The notes under the pieces: generated by a model
What the model was told of the DNA's origin: nothing
Seen by the model: only the letters and a program-made list of their open reading frames with translations
Database searches by the model: none
Shown: one piece after another, positions 1 through 8,880 of the stretch
How the letters are laid out: each line of letters starts with the position of its first letter
Position numbering within the stretch: the first letter of the stretch is position 1
Translations under genes and position numbers: made by a program
Source of the DNA: Calditrichia bacterium
Lineage (GTDB): Bacteria; Calditrichota; Calditrichia; RBG-13-44-9; J075
Assembly: GCA_050633245.1 (NCBI GenBank)
Contig: JBOEGD010000001.1
Coordinates: 224,001 to 288,000 of the forward strand
DNA: 64,000 nucleotides
Reading direction: 5' to 3'

Positions 1-681
1 TGGAGCTGGGGAAATAAATGGAATAAGCTACAGCTTAAGTTTTTTATTGAGGTACCGCGTGATTATAATGTTGACCTAAATACAGCTGGTGGTAGTATTT
101 CAGTTGGCGATCTTAAAGGAGAGGTTAAAGCTGAAACGTCCGGTGGCAGCTTGAGCTTTGGGAGCATCGATGGTCCGGTAAATGCTTCTACAGCCGGGGG
201 CAGTATCAATCTTGATGGTTGCACCGGCGTGGTGCGGGTTCACACGGCCGGCGGCTCGATAAATATTGGTGATGTGAATGGCGATGTAGATGCCCGCACT
301 GCCGGCGGTTCTATTTCTATTGATAAAGCAATGGGCAAAGTAAATGCGCAGACTTCCGGTGGAAGCATTAACGTAGAAGAAGTTAGAGGCGATATTAATG
401 CTGAAACATCGGGTGGCTCTGTAACAGCACGTATCAGCAAACAGCCGGAAGGCGATTGCCGCCTGACGACTTCTGGTGGTAGCGTCACGGTATATTTAGC
501 CGATGATCTAAAGATGGACCTGGATGCCAAGGCTGGCTGGGGAAAGGTTTATTCAGACTTTGATGTGCTCGTAAAAGGCGGCAAGGTTAGTAAATCTGCA
601 TTACGTGGCCAGATTAATGGTGGTGGACCAGAGCTGTATTTACGAACGTCCAGCGGTAAAGTAAAGGTTTTGGAACTCTAG
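1..681 (+). CDS. DUF4097-family beta-strand repeat (adhesin-like) protein, 5' end outside window
   Basis: Frame open from base 1; repeated 'V.A.T(A/S)GGSI' units; C-terminal 'GQINGGGPELYLRTSSG' typical of DUF4097. Confidence 0.85.
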   Translation, partial: WSWGNKWNKLQLKFFIEVPRDYNVDLNTAGGSISVGDLKGEVKAETSGGSLSFGSIDGPVNASTAGGSINLDGCTGVVRVHTAGGSINIGDVNGDVDARTAGGSISIDKAMGKVNAQTSGGSINVEEVRGDINAETSGGSVTARISKQPEGDCRLTTSGGSVTVYLADDLKMDLDAKAGWGKVYSDFDVLVKGGKVSKSALRGQINGGGPELYLRTSSGKVKVLEL

Positions 682-691
682 ATTTTAGGTT

Positions 692-894
692 GAGATTGGA
701 GCAGTTTTCAAAACTGCTCCAATCTCTTTAAACTGCTCCAATCTCTTTAAACTGCTCCAATCTCTTTAAACTGCTCCAATCTCTTTAAACTGCTCCAATC
801 TCTTTAAACTGCTCCAGTCTTGTCGAAACTACTCCAGCTTTTTCAAACTGTTCCAGTCTTCTTCCAAAACTACTCCAAACTACTCCAGCCTCTT
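692..894. repeat. 17-bp-arm perfect palindrome plus 19-bp tandem array (AAACTGCTCCAATCTCTTT x5 perfect, ~4 degenerate)
   Basis: GAGATTGGAGCAGTTTT-C-AAAACTGCTCCAATCTC at 692-726; units at 711, 730, 749, 768, 787, then decaying copies. Confidence 0.95.
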
Positions 895-1167
895 ATTAAG
901 GTTTGTTACCTTTTAAGTTAAACTTTGTATTTGCTTTGCTCGCGATGTTTAGTGCCGCAAATTTTTCTGGCACACTGGAGCATTGTTATAATGGAGCAGT
1001 CTTGGGATCTAAGAACGTTTGTACTTAATTAGAAAAAAAGACCCGAATTTTTATTTTTCGGGAAATTGCCTCAAATTTGATTTCATCTCCTTTCTGCTTT
1101 GCATCATCGAGCCTTGTTTTTTCAGCCCCTCCTGCTTACTATTTTCATATAAAATTTAGGAGCCCTA

Positions 1168-1689
1168 TTGGATTATACGTCGCTGAATATTCCGCGCGGA
1201 TTTACGCTAAACGTTTTGCAGGATGAGCAGTTTGAAGTTCGCCATAAAGGGGTACTGGGGCAGAGTAAATACGTCTTTCTCTTTTTGGGGCTTTGGCTGT
1301 TATTGTGGACCTTCGCCTGTGTGGCCTTGCTATTTGCGTATCTGGATGGGCAAACGATGGATGACGGGTCCGCCATGCCGCTGTGGTTTTTGTTAGCCTT
1401 CTGGATTCCGGAGTTTATTGTTCTTGGAGTGATGATCTTTATGATTCAGCGTAAATACTACTTTCGCTTCGACGAGGGCATGCTCTATGCTGAAAGCCGA
1501 CTGTTTCTGCTTGGAAATGATGTTGAACTGCGACGATCTGCTATTGGCAAGGTTACTTTAGAGTCTGGCAAAGTGATTGTGCAGGCGGATACCGTGCCAT
1601 ATGTTTTGTTCAAAAACAACTCCAGGAAAAAATGCCTTTGGCTGGGAGAGTTGATCGCAAAGTGGGCAAGGGTGGAAATTGATGAATGA
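1168..1689 (+). CDS. Hypothetical membrane protein (2 TM + small C-terminal beta domain)
   Basis: AGGAG RBS before TTG; two hydrophobic helices. Confidence 0.7.
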   Translation: MDYTSLNIPRGFTLNVLQDEQFEVRHKGVLGQSKYVFLFLGLWLLLWTFACVALLFAYLDGQTMDDGSAMPLWFLLAFWIPEFIVLGVMIFMIQRKYYFRFDEGMLYAESRLFLLGNDVELRRSAIGKVTLESGKVIVQADTVPYVLFKNNSRKKCLWLGELIAKWARVEIDE

Positions 1690-1698
1690 TGAGTCATG

Positions 1699-1740
1699 AT
1701 TGTCCATTGTCCATTGTCCATTTTTAATTGTCCATTGCCT
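1699..1740. repeat. Heptamer tandem repeat (ATTGTCC)n
   Basis: ATTGTCC x3, degenerate unit, ATTGTCC, ATTGCCT between convergent genes. Confidence 0.85.
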
Positions 1741-1767
1741 TCTCGCTTCTCGCTGCTGCCTTCTGCC

Positions 1768-3063
1768 TCATTTCGTAAGAGCCGGTGAATGTAGTACATA
1801 ACCATTCTTCTCCATGCGATAATGATTGCGCAGAGATAGCGTATGTGCTGGTAGAATCGCGGTAAACCCAAAGCGCTGACGGATGTCATCTATCATCGGG
1901 TGCAGCCGTTCCTGTGGACTCTCATCGCCCAGAGATAGCTGCTGCTGTCGCCAGTTAATATTGCCAACGCGCACGCCTACCATCCTAATGAGAAGCCTCC
2001 GCGTGGTAATGCGGTCAAACAACTCCTCTACCATTTGATAGAGCTCAAACGCATTGTCACAGCTTCCGGGGAGCTTACTCGCTGCTTCATGTTGCGTAAA
2101 GTCTGAATAGCGTAGACGAATCTTTATATGTTTACACGATTGCTTGTCTTCCCGCAGTCTTGCAGCAATACGCTCTGTGAGATAGCACAGCGTTGCGAGA
2201 ATAACATCTTTGTCAGTAAGATCTTCTTCGAATGTTGTTTCGCGACTCAGTTGCCGGCTTAACACACGTCGCTTTACTTCGCGCTTGTCAATTCCGTTGG
2301 CAAAGCGCCACATGGTAGTGCCATTGGCTCCGAAGAGTTGCGCCAGTGCAGTTTGCGGTAATTTCGCCAGTTGCCCAATCGTAAAAACTCCCAGCTCCTC
2401 CAGCTTTTTTGTCGTCTTACGACCAATCCCCGGTAAGCAATTTACAGCCAATGGGTGAAAGCGTTCTTGTTCTTCTTCCGGGGGGATGTAGGTAATACCA
2501 TTGGGCTTATTCATTGAAGAGGCCATGCGTGCTGTCAGTTTATCTTTGCCAATACCAATAGATACGCTAATGCCGATTGCCTGCCACACATCCTCTTTTA
2601 TTTGTTTCGCCAGTGCTTCCGGGTCGGGATAGAGATGCTGCATTCCCCGAAAGTCCAGATAGGCATCATCCAGTGAAGTAAATTCTACCAGCGGCGTATG
2701 GCGCAGATAAATATCCTGCATCTGTAGCGATGCTGCGCGATATTGCTGATAGTTTCCTTTCAAAAATATCCCGTGTTTGCAAAGCTCTTTTGCTTTTGTT
2801 AGCGGCATTCCGGCAGTAACACCAAAGGCCCGGGCCTCATAGCTGGCGGTATGCACGACCCCACGCTGACTCGCTTCACCACCTATAATCACTGCCTTAC
2901 CGCGAAGCAGTGGATTAAACCCTTGTTCTACAGAAGCAAAAAAGGCATCGGCATCGATGTGGAGAACAATTGATGATTGATGATTGATGATTGATGATTG
3001 ATGATTGATGATTGATGATTGATGATTTAAAAGACGGGGATTGAAAAATTGTTCAAAATTCAT
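1768..3063 (-). CDS. dinB: Y-family DNA polymerase IV
   Basis: HIDADAFFASVEQ, ASYEARAFGV, SLDDAYLD catalytic motifs, HhH LPGIG, little-finger domain; N-terminus contains a repeat-encoded INHQSSI run. Confidence 0.95.
   Translation of the reverse strand: MNFEQFFNPRLLNHQSSIINHQSSIINHQSSIVLHIDADAFFASVEQGFNPLLRGKAVIIGGEASQRGVVHTASYEARAFGVTAGMPLTKAKELCKHGIFLKGNYQQYRAASLQMQDIYLRHTPLVEFTSLDDAYLDFRGMQHLYPDPEALAKQIKEDVWQAIGISVSIGIGKDKLTARMASSMNKPNGITYIPPEEEQERFHPLAVNCLPGIGRKTTKKLEELGVFTIGQLAKLPQTALAQLFGANGTTMWRFANGIDKREVKRRVLSRQLSRETTFEEDLTDKDVILATLCYLTERIAARLREDKQSCKHIKIRLRYSDFTQHEAASKLPGSCDNAFELYQMVEELFDRITTRRLLIRMVGVRVGNINWRQQQLSLGDESPQERLHPMIDDIRQRFGFTAILPAHTLSLRNHYRMEKNGYVLHSPALTK
2972..3027. 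repeat. (GATGATT)8 perfect heptamer repeat inside the dinB 5' coding region
   Basis: 8 perfect copies, 56 bp, between dinB ATG (3063) and the first catalytic motif. Confidence 0.95.
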
Positions 3064-3112
3064 AAGGAAAACCCTAAGTAAGAATAAAGAAAAGAATCAA
3101 TACGAGGCAAAA

Positions 3113-3478
3113 ATGACTCGGCTTATTTTAACAAAACGTACCAAATTATTCGCATATGCTGTTGTAAGAGAGCTGGCAAAAATGCCCGGAAGCACATTAA
3201 GTAAACACATATACTATCAGCTTACTCGATCTGCGACATCTGTTGCTGCGAACTATCGTGCAGCATGTTTGGCACATTCAAAGTCTGCATTTGCTGCAAA
3301 ACTAAGTATCGTAATTGAAGAGGCCGATGAATCCGTCTTTTGGCTGGAATTTATTTATGATGAAGCGTTGCTAAAAAGAGACTTAATCATTCCCTTGATA
3401 AAAGAAGGACAGGAATTAACCGCAATCTTTGTTGCATCGCGTAAAACTATTCAGTTAAACCAAAAAAGAGGCAAGTAG
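3113..3478 (+). CDS. Four-helix-bundle protein (23S rRNA IVP / TIGR02436-like, Avd-like fold)
   Basis: QLTRSATSVAANYRAAC..SK..F.AKLSIVIEEADES.FWLE signature; start set to ATG 3113. Confidence 0.9.
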   Translation: MTRLILTKRTKLFAYAVVRELAKMPGSTLSKHIYYQLTRSATSVAANYRAACLAHSKSAFAAKLSIVIEEADESVFWLEFIYDEALLKRDLIIPLIKEGQELTAIFVASRKTIQLNQKRGK

Positions 3479-3597
3479 AAATGGATCGCCTCTTTCATCT
3501 GAAATGCACATTCCTTTAGAAATGAACGTTGTTGCTGATCTATGTGGCACCTTCCCGAAGCGTCAGGACTTGGCGTAACAAGAAAAGACCAAGGTGT

Positions 3598-3630
3598 TTC
3601 ATTCATAACTCATCATTCATCATTCATCAA
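3598..3630. repeat. Degenerate heptamer array (ATTCATC)n, inverted relative to the 2972-3027 array
   Basis: TTC ATTCATA ACTCATC ATTCATC ATTCATC AA. Confidence 0.75.
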
Positions 3631-3878
3631 TCCAAAAAAACTCTCGCCAGTTGCCACGAATAGTCTGCGGAATCAAAAATGAGCTCAAAACAATCGGTGG
3701 TTTCCGATCGCACGGAAAAATGGATTTGGGTCGTCGAGCCGATTCTTTCTTGCCAACGGGAGTGAATATGCTTTACCGGATAAGCACGTCCATTCCACAA
3801 AAATCGCAACGGGATAATCTTACCGCGCTGAAAGTGGGTGATAACTTCGATGGTTTCAAAGACGTCTTCATAAGCCAT
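3627..3878 (-). CDS. Small DUF6504/YqjX-like protein associated with Y-family polymerases
   Basis: 'P.RFLWNGRAY.V..I..RW ... HFSV ... FELIFD....WQL' pattern; AGGGAG RBS; lies upstream of dinB on the same strand. Confidence 0.75.
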   Translation of the reverse strand: MAYEDVFETIEVITHFQRGKIIPLRFLWNGRAYPVKHIHSRWQERIGSTTQIHFSVRSETTDCFELIFDSADYSWQLARVFLD

Positions 3879-3929
3879 GATGATTACTCCCTTAATCGCC
3901 AAAAAAATCCATTTAAGTGGTCAGGCGTT

Positions 3930-3974
3930 CACTAATGTAGCGTAAAAAATCAATTTTTGTCAACACTAAAAGTG
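3930..3974 (-). promoter_or_regulatory. sigma70-type promoter for DUF6504-dinB with candidate operators
   Basis: TTGACA (3963-3958)-18 nt-TACATT (3939-3934); CACTA-N3-TAGCG over the -10 and CACT-N3-AGTG next to the -35. Confidence 0.5.
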
Positions 3975-4195
3975 CCCCATTAACTTTTTTTTTAGTCACA
4001 GGAGCTTTACATTAGCGAGCAAATAACTTTTCCCTCAAAAAGGTGTTGTAAGCACGGATTTATAACAAACCTGGTTTGGGCAATACCTAAAGTCTCTAAT
4101 CTTTAGTTGATATGAGACGATTCTGTATAGAAGTAACTCAAAAACGCGGACCGGCATCATTCGATACGAATTCACCGGAAACAGAGGATCATATT

Positions 4196-5041
4196 ATGAC
4201 GCGCATTATCGCTGTGTCTAATCCCAAAGGGGGCGTGGGGAAGACAACCACCACGATCAATCTGGCCGCCAGCCTGGCTATTGCCGAGCAGCGAGTACTG
4301 ATTATCGATGCAGACCCTGCTGGTGCGGTAAGTAGCGGAATGGGCCTGGAACGCAAATCCATTCGCGCAGGACTTTTTGAGTTTTTCTCCGGTAGCATTA
4401 TGTTTAAAGAAACCATCCACAAGCTGCCTTTTATTGATATGGATATTGTTCCTGTAAATGTGTATGACAGTGAGCAGGAAACCCGACTTACCGATCTCTC
4501 CAAAAATCGCATTCGCCTAAAACGACAGCTAACCGGTATGAGTGAAGCCGGTCGTTTGCCTTATGATTATATATTAATCGACACTCCACCGGTGTTGAAC
4601 GACCTGACGATGGGGGCATTGATGGCTGCTCATTCGGTGTTAATTCCATTACAATGTGGTTATTTTGCACTGAACGCCATTGGTCGATTAATGCAGCTTA
4701 TTGAGCGCATTCGCAAAAGTGCGAATCCGGATTTGCAAGTAGAAGGAATTTTGCTGAACCTGTATGAGCGTGGCACTCGTGTTTCAATGCGAAGTTTATA
4801 TGAGGCAAAGATGAAATACAATTCGCACGTATTTCGTACGGTTATTCCGAAGAATGTTGCAATCGGACATGCGACCTATCAACAGAAGCCGGTTGCTTTA
4901 GTGGATATCACCTCACCCGGTGCACGTGCCTATATGAGTTTGGCAGATGAAATTTTGCGCAAGAACCGCCGCTCTGAAGAACCACTCAGACGCAACGCCG
5001 CAACTATTCGCACCGACTTCCTTACCAAAATAGATGCGTGA
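4196..5041 (+). CDS. parA: ParA/Soj-family ATPase (no parB adjacent)
   Basis: Deviant Walker A NPKGGVGKTT, IIDADP, YDYILIDTPP; GAGGA RBS before ATG 4196. Confidence 0.9.
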   Translation: MTRIIAVSNPKGGVGKTTTTINLAASLAIAEQRVLIIDADPAGAVSSGMGLERKSIRAGLFEFFSGSIMFKETIHKLPFIDMDIVPVNVYDSEQETRLTDLSKNRIRLKRQLTGMSEAGRLPYDYILIDTPPVLNDLTMGALMAAHSVLIPLQCGYFALNAIGRLMQLIERIRKSANPDLQVEGILLNLYERGTRVSMRSLYEAKMKYNSHVFRTVIPKNVAIGHATYQQKPVALVDITSPGARAYMSLADEILRKNRRSEEPLRRNAATIRTDFLTKIDA

Positions 5042-5175
5042 TTGATGATTCGCATTCATAATTCATCAAACAGAACTCCACTGCCAAAGCTATTGAGCGA
5101 TGGCAGCAGAATGGAGTGGAACGCCTTTGGTTGGTAGGAGGAGGTAGCCTAAGTTCAGCGTTCCTTTACCCAGGG

Positions 5176-5230
5176 ATTGATGATTGATGATTGATGAATG
5201 ATGATTGATCATCAATCATCATTCATCAAT
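5176..5230. repeat. Heptamer-based palindrome (20-bp arms, 1-nt centre) with extra tandem copies of the left arm
   Basis: ATTGATGAATGATGATTGAT-C-ATCAATCATCATTCATCAAT at 5190-5230, preceded by (ATTGATG)2; between convergent genes. Confidence 0.85.
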
Positions 5231-5234
5231 TAGA

Positions 5235-6383
5235 TCATTTGAGTAGCATCATCTTCTTAGTTGCCTGATAACTTCCAGCCTGTAGACGATAGACATATAC
5301 ACCGGAACTCAGATTCTCAGCATCAAAGGTTAAGCTATGCTCGCCGCTTGCCAAATTTTGGCTTAGCAATGTAGTAATCTCCCGCCCACTCATGTCGTAT
5401 AGTGTAATCTGCACGGCTTCTGCACTTGGAATGCGGAAACGAATGGTTGTGGATGGATTGAACGGATTGGGATAGTTTTGATCCAGTTCATAGCCTTCAA
5501 CAATATTGTCGTTAGATTCCAGTGTAATGCCGGTGATGATGCCGGTGATATGCCGGATTGCCCGACTCTGGAAACCCGATGTGTATAGGCTGTTATCCGT
5601 CTTGTCGAAAAGGATGCCGTTGGGGAAGTTAAAGCGGGCATTTGCTGCAGGGCCATCCATTATTCCGGCAATGCCGCTTCCTGCCAAGATGCTCGTATTA
5701 CCATTTGCCGGATCGACCTGATAAATGCGGTGAACACCTATCCCCGTAGCATACAACATGCCTTCACCATATTCCAAAAAGCCTACTGCACCAGCATTGG
5801 TTCCCGGGATGTCTGCTATTTCTGTTAGCGTGGTGCCGTTGACCCGAAATATCTTGCCGTCATTATAATTCGCGATAAAAAGAACGTTGTTTTCATCCCA
5901 TGTCAGTCCAACAGGACCATTAAGCGGGGGGCCGCTGAGAAATGGCGTGTAGCTGCCATCAGGCGCCATCTTTACCACATTGTTTTGCGTGTATTGCGTT
6001 ACATAAAGCGTATCACTCAATGGATCCTCGATAACTCCACTGGGCGAGGTAATATTAGCACCAAATTGAATTTTGGTGCTATCCGGCATCACTTTGTAAA
6101 TGCGATTGCCAAGATTTGACAAGACAACCAAATTGCTGTCTGCGTCAAAGGCCAGACCATTGGGTGCATTAAATCCACCCATATATTCTGTGACGTCTCC
6201 AGATGTGGTAATTTTGTAAACATAGGTTCCGGAATAATTTGATCCGTAGATCGTGCCGTCTGCAGCCTGAATGATGTCATCATTGACGCCAATTCCCGGT
6301 CCGGCGAATGTTGATACGGTTTGTGCATTGAGTGACATTACCAGTGCCAGACTTAGCACGATTAACATTGTAAAAATCCTCAT
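5235..6383 (-). CDS. Secreted NHL/SMP-30-like beta-propeller protein with T9SS-type-A-like C-terminal sorting domain
   Basis: Signal peptide; P.GLAFD repeats; 'AGSGIAGIMDGPAANARFNFPNGI'; QNYPNPFNPSTTI...KKMMLLK. Confidence 0.85.
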   Translation of the reverse strand: MRIFTMLIVLSLALVMSLNAQTVSTFAGPGIGVNDDIIQAADGTIYGSNYSGTYVYKITTSGDVTEYMGGFNAPNGLAFDADSNLVVLSNLGNRIYKVMPDSTKIQFGANITSPSGVIEDPLSDTLYVTQYTQNNVVKMAPDGSYTPFLSGPPLNGPVGLTWDENNVLFIANYNDGKIFRVNGTTLTEIADIPGTNAGAVGFLEYGEGMLYATGIGVHRIYQVDPANGNTSILAGSGIAGIMDGPAANARFNFPNGILFDKTDNSLYTSGFQSRAIRHITGIITGITLESNDNIVEGYELDQNYPNPFNPSTTIRFRIPSAEAVQITLYDMSGREITTLLSQNLASGEHSLTFDAENLSSGVYVYRLQAGSYQATKKMMLLK

Positions 6384-6438
6384 ACTTATTCTCCTTTTTG
6401 TCCAAATGATTGAATTGTTTTTCTTTGAAAAGCCTCAG

Positions 6439-7590
6439 CTATTTTAGCAGAATCATACGCTTCGTTTTCAGATAATTACCTGCCTTAAGCCGATAGGTAT
6501 AGACGCCTGAAGCCAATCCTGCGGCCTCAAATGTAAGTTGATGCTCACCCGCGGGAAGATTTCCATTTACCAGATTACTTACAATTCTTCCACTCATGTC
6601 GTAAAGCGTTAACTGCACAGTTTCAGCTTCTGGTATACGAAAGCGGATTGTTGTGGACGGATTAAACGGGTTGGGGTAGTTTTGATCGAGCTGATAGGCC
6701 TCGGCAATACCCGGCTGCGACTGCAATGAAATGCCGGTAACGACGCCGGTGATCAGGCGAAGCGTTCTGGTTTGGCCATCTGATACATAGATATTATTCG
6801 TCCGCTCATCGAATAAAATGCCGTTCGGGGAGTGAAAGCGGGCGTCTGCTGCCGGACCGTTTACTGTTCCGGGAACGCCTGTTCCAGCTAATGTCGTACG
6901 AACTCCGGTTGCCGGATCAATCTCGTAAATTCGATGCCTGGCTATGCCCGTAGCATATATCTTGCCCGCACCATAAGCGATAAATCCGATTGCTGAAAAG
7001 CTGTTTCCCGGAACTGTGGCAATCTGCACCAGAGTGGAACCATCTACGCGAAATATCTTGCCGTCGTTGAAGTTTGCAATATACAGGCGGTTATTTTCAT
7101 CCCATGCCATTCCCACCGGGCCATCGAATTCAGCGCTGTTAATAAACGGGATAATGCTACCATCAGGTGGCATCTTTACAACCTTATTTGCCGAGTATTG
7201 AGCAACATAAAGTGTATCACTCAGTGGGTCTTTAATAACACCTGCCGGGGTGTTGAGCGTATCTCCAAACGGCACTTTTGTGCTATCTGCCATCACCTTG
7301 TATACTTGATTGCCAAAGTGATCGGCAACGACCAAATTGCTGTCGGCATCGAAGGCCAATCCATTGGGGGCTGAAAATCCACCCATATATTCTGTTACAT
7401 CTCCATTTGGGGTAACTCGATAGACGTATGAACCGCCAAAACGGGAACCGTAGATGGTGCCGTCTGCTGCCTGAATCAATCCATCATTCACATCGATGTT
7501 TGGCCCGGCAAATGTTGACACAGTCTGAGCGGTAAGAGATGTTCCCAGGCATAGAATTACCGAGATCACCAGTGCTGCAAAAAAATTCAT
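6439..7590 (-). CDS. Secreted NHL/SMP-30-like beta-propeller protein with C-terminal sorting domain (paralog of 5235-6383)
   Basis: Collinear and highly similar to neighbour (QTVSTFAGP, IQAADGTIYGS, APNGLAFDADSNLVV). Confidence 0.85.
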   Translation of the reverse strand: MNFFAALVISVILCLGTSLTAQTVSTFAGPNIDVNDGLIQAADGTIYGSRFGGSYVYRVTPNGDVTEYMGGFSAPNGLAFDADSNLVVADHFGNQVYKVMADSTKVPFGDTLNTPAGVIKDPLSDTLYVAQYSANKVVKMPPDGSIIPFINSAEFDGPVGMAWDENNRLYIANFNDGKIFRVDGSTLVQIATVPGNSFSAIGFIAYGAGKIYATGIARHRIYEIDPATGVRTTLAGTGVPGTVNGPAADARFHSPNGILFDERTNNIYVSDGQTRTLRLITGVVTGISLQSQPGIAEAYQLDQNYPNPFNPSTTIRFRIPEAETVQLTLYDMSGRIVSNLVNGNLPAGEHQLTFEAAGLASGVYTYRLKAGNYLKTKRMILLK

Positions 7591-7713
7591 TCCTTTTCCT
7601 CCTCTGAAACGTTTAGATAAAGCAGCGCTTTATGCGCCACTTTATCTAATTAGCAGGAAAAAATAACAGAAATCGTCCCTCCCGATGGAAAGGAACCTAT
7701 TTTCTGCAGTGTT

Positions 7714-8880
7714 TTATATCCGTGAGTGTAAATTGTCTGTATTGCGTTTTATATAAGATGAGGGAGTGAGTCCGGTAGATTTTTTAAACATGCGATTGAA
7801 GGATGTTTTACTGCGAAAACCGGATTCCAAAGCGATACCGAAAATGGTTAGTTCATCATAGCGCGGATCGAGCAGACGTTTTTGCACGTCCTTCAGACGA
7901 TAGTTATTAATATAATCGTAAAAACTCATTCCCAGGCCCTGATTCAAAGCCTGAGACAGATTGTGTGGGGTTAAGTTGATCATTTCTGCCAGGTCGGAGA
8001 GCTTTAAATCGCTATTCAAATAAGGCTGGTCTTTTTCCATGATGAAATTAAGCTCTTTTAGATAAAAACTGAGCTCGTGTTCCGATAGCGCAGAGTTGCG
8101 ATATTTTATTATCGAATCAAGGTCTTCGCTTTGCAGTTCCTGTTTTTTCTCCTCTGCAAATATTTTCGAAGGGTAGCGCACCGAAGTAAATGCCACAATA
8201 TGTACAAAAAACGACATCACAAGAGTTGTTGTGTGGCTTAATGCTTTGGTGTCGAGCTTCATATAATGAAGCGCTATTCCCGCGATTGTGTCAAATATAA
8301 GATAGACTGTAAATGTCGCAATTAATGCTTGAGCCCACTTAAGTGAGGATAAGCTGTGTTGATTCACTTTTTGCTCTGCTTTTTTGCTCTCTTTATTTGC
8401 TGCCTGTAAACTCAAACCCAAATAGCTCAGCAACAATGCTGCGAGCACTAGATATTGCCATGGGAAACTGCCTGTTCCAATAGCTGGTTGCTGAAGTATG
8501 GATATTTTTATGTCTCCAGATAACCGGTAGAATGGAATCATTCTGACTGTTATATATGCCGCAGGTAGCAAATGAAGAATGTGCCAGACTCTAAAGCGAA
8601 ATTGGCTATTCAAGTGCAGCATGACGTAGAAATACAGCAGAGGGCCCAGCAAATACCAAAACACCCAATTGGTACCGGCAACATGGGGCCAACGCACAAA
8701 CATCCCTGATACAATAAGGGTCTCGATACTGAGGTAATACGCAACCATCAAAACAATTAGCACCAGCCAGCGATTTGCCCGTGGTGCTCCCTGCTTTTGC
8801 AACAACAGCAGGCCGGCAAAGTAAAATCCCTGCATGGCGCTGAAACCCAGTAATACTACCCAAATGGAAATTTCCGGCAT
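7714..8880 (-). CDS. Membrane-anchored AraC-family transcriptional regulator
   Basis: ~6-7 N-terminal TM helices; C-terminal AraC HTH (PYLNSDLKL, IALESGFRSKTSFNRMFKK.TG.TPS.Y). Confidence 0.92.
   Translation of the reverse strand: MPEISIWVVLLGFSAMQGFYFAGLLLLQKQGAPRANRWLVLIVLMVAYYLSIETLIVSGMFVRWPHVAGTNWVFWYLLGPLLYFYVMLHLNSQFRFRVWHILHLLPAAYITVRMIPFYRLSGDIKISILQQPAIGTGSFPWQYLVLAALLLSYLGLSLQAANKESKKAEQKVNQHSLSSLKWAQALIATFTVYLIFDTIAGIALHYMKLDTKALSHTTTLVMSFFVHIVAFTSVRYPSKIFAEEKKQELQSEDLDSIIKYRNSALSEHELSFYLKELNFIMEKDQPYLNSDLKLSDLAEMINLTPHNLSQALNQGLGMSFYDYINNYRLKDVQKRLLDPRYDELTIFGIALESGFRSKTSFNRMFKKSTGLTPSSYIKRNTDNLHSRI

Noticed and set aside
711-894. CRISPR array or iteron origin
   Set aside because: Units are contiguous with no unique spacers; no cas or rep gene in the window
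1485-1889. 134-aa minus-strand ORF
   Set aside because: Overlaps two better-supported genes and is partly translated heptamer repeat
3041-3112. Longer N-terminus of the four-helix-bundle ORF
   Set aside because: TTG start overlaps the dinB start head-to-head; family similarity begins near ATG 3113
3113-3478. Diversity-generating retroelement (Avd-like protein) or 23S rRNA intervening sequence
   Set aside because: No reverse transcriptase, no TR/VR pair noticed, and no rRNA sequence around it
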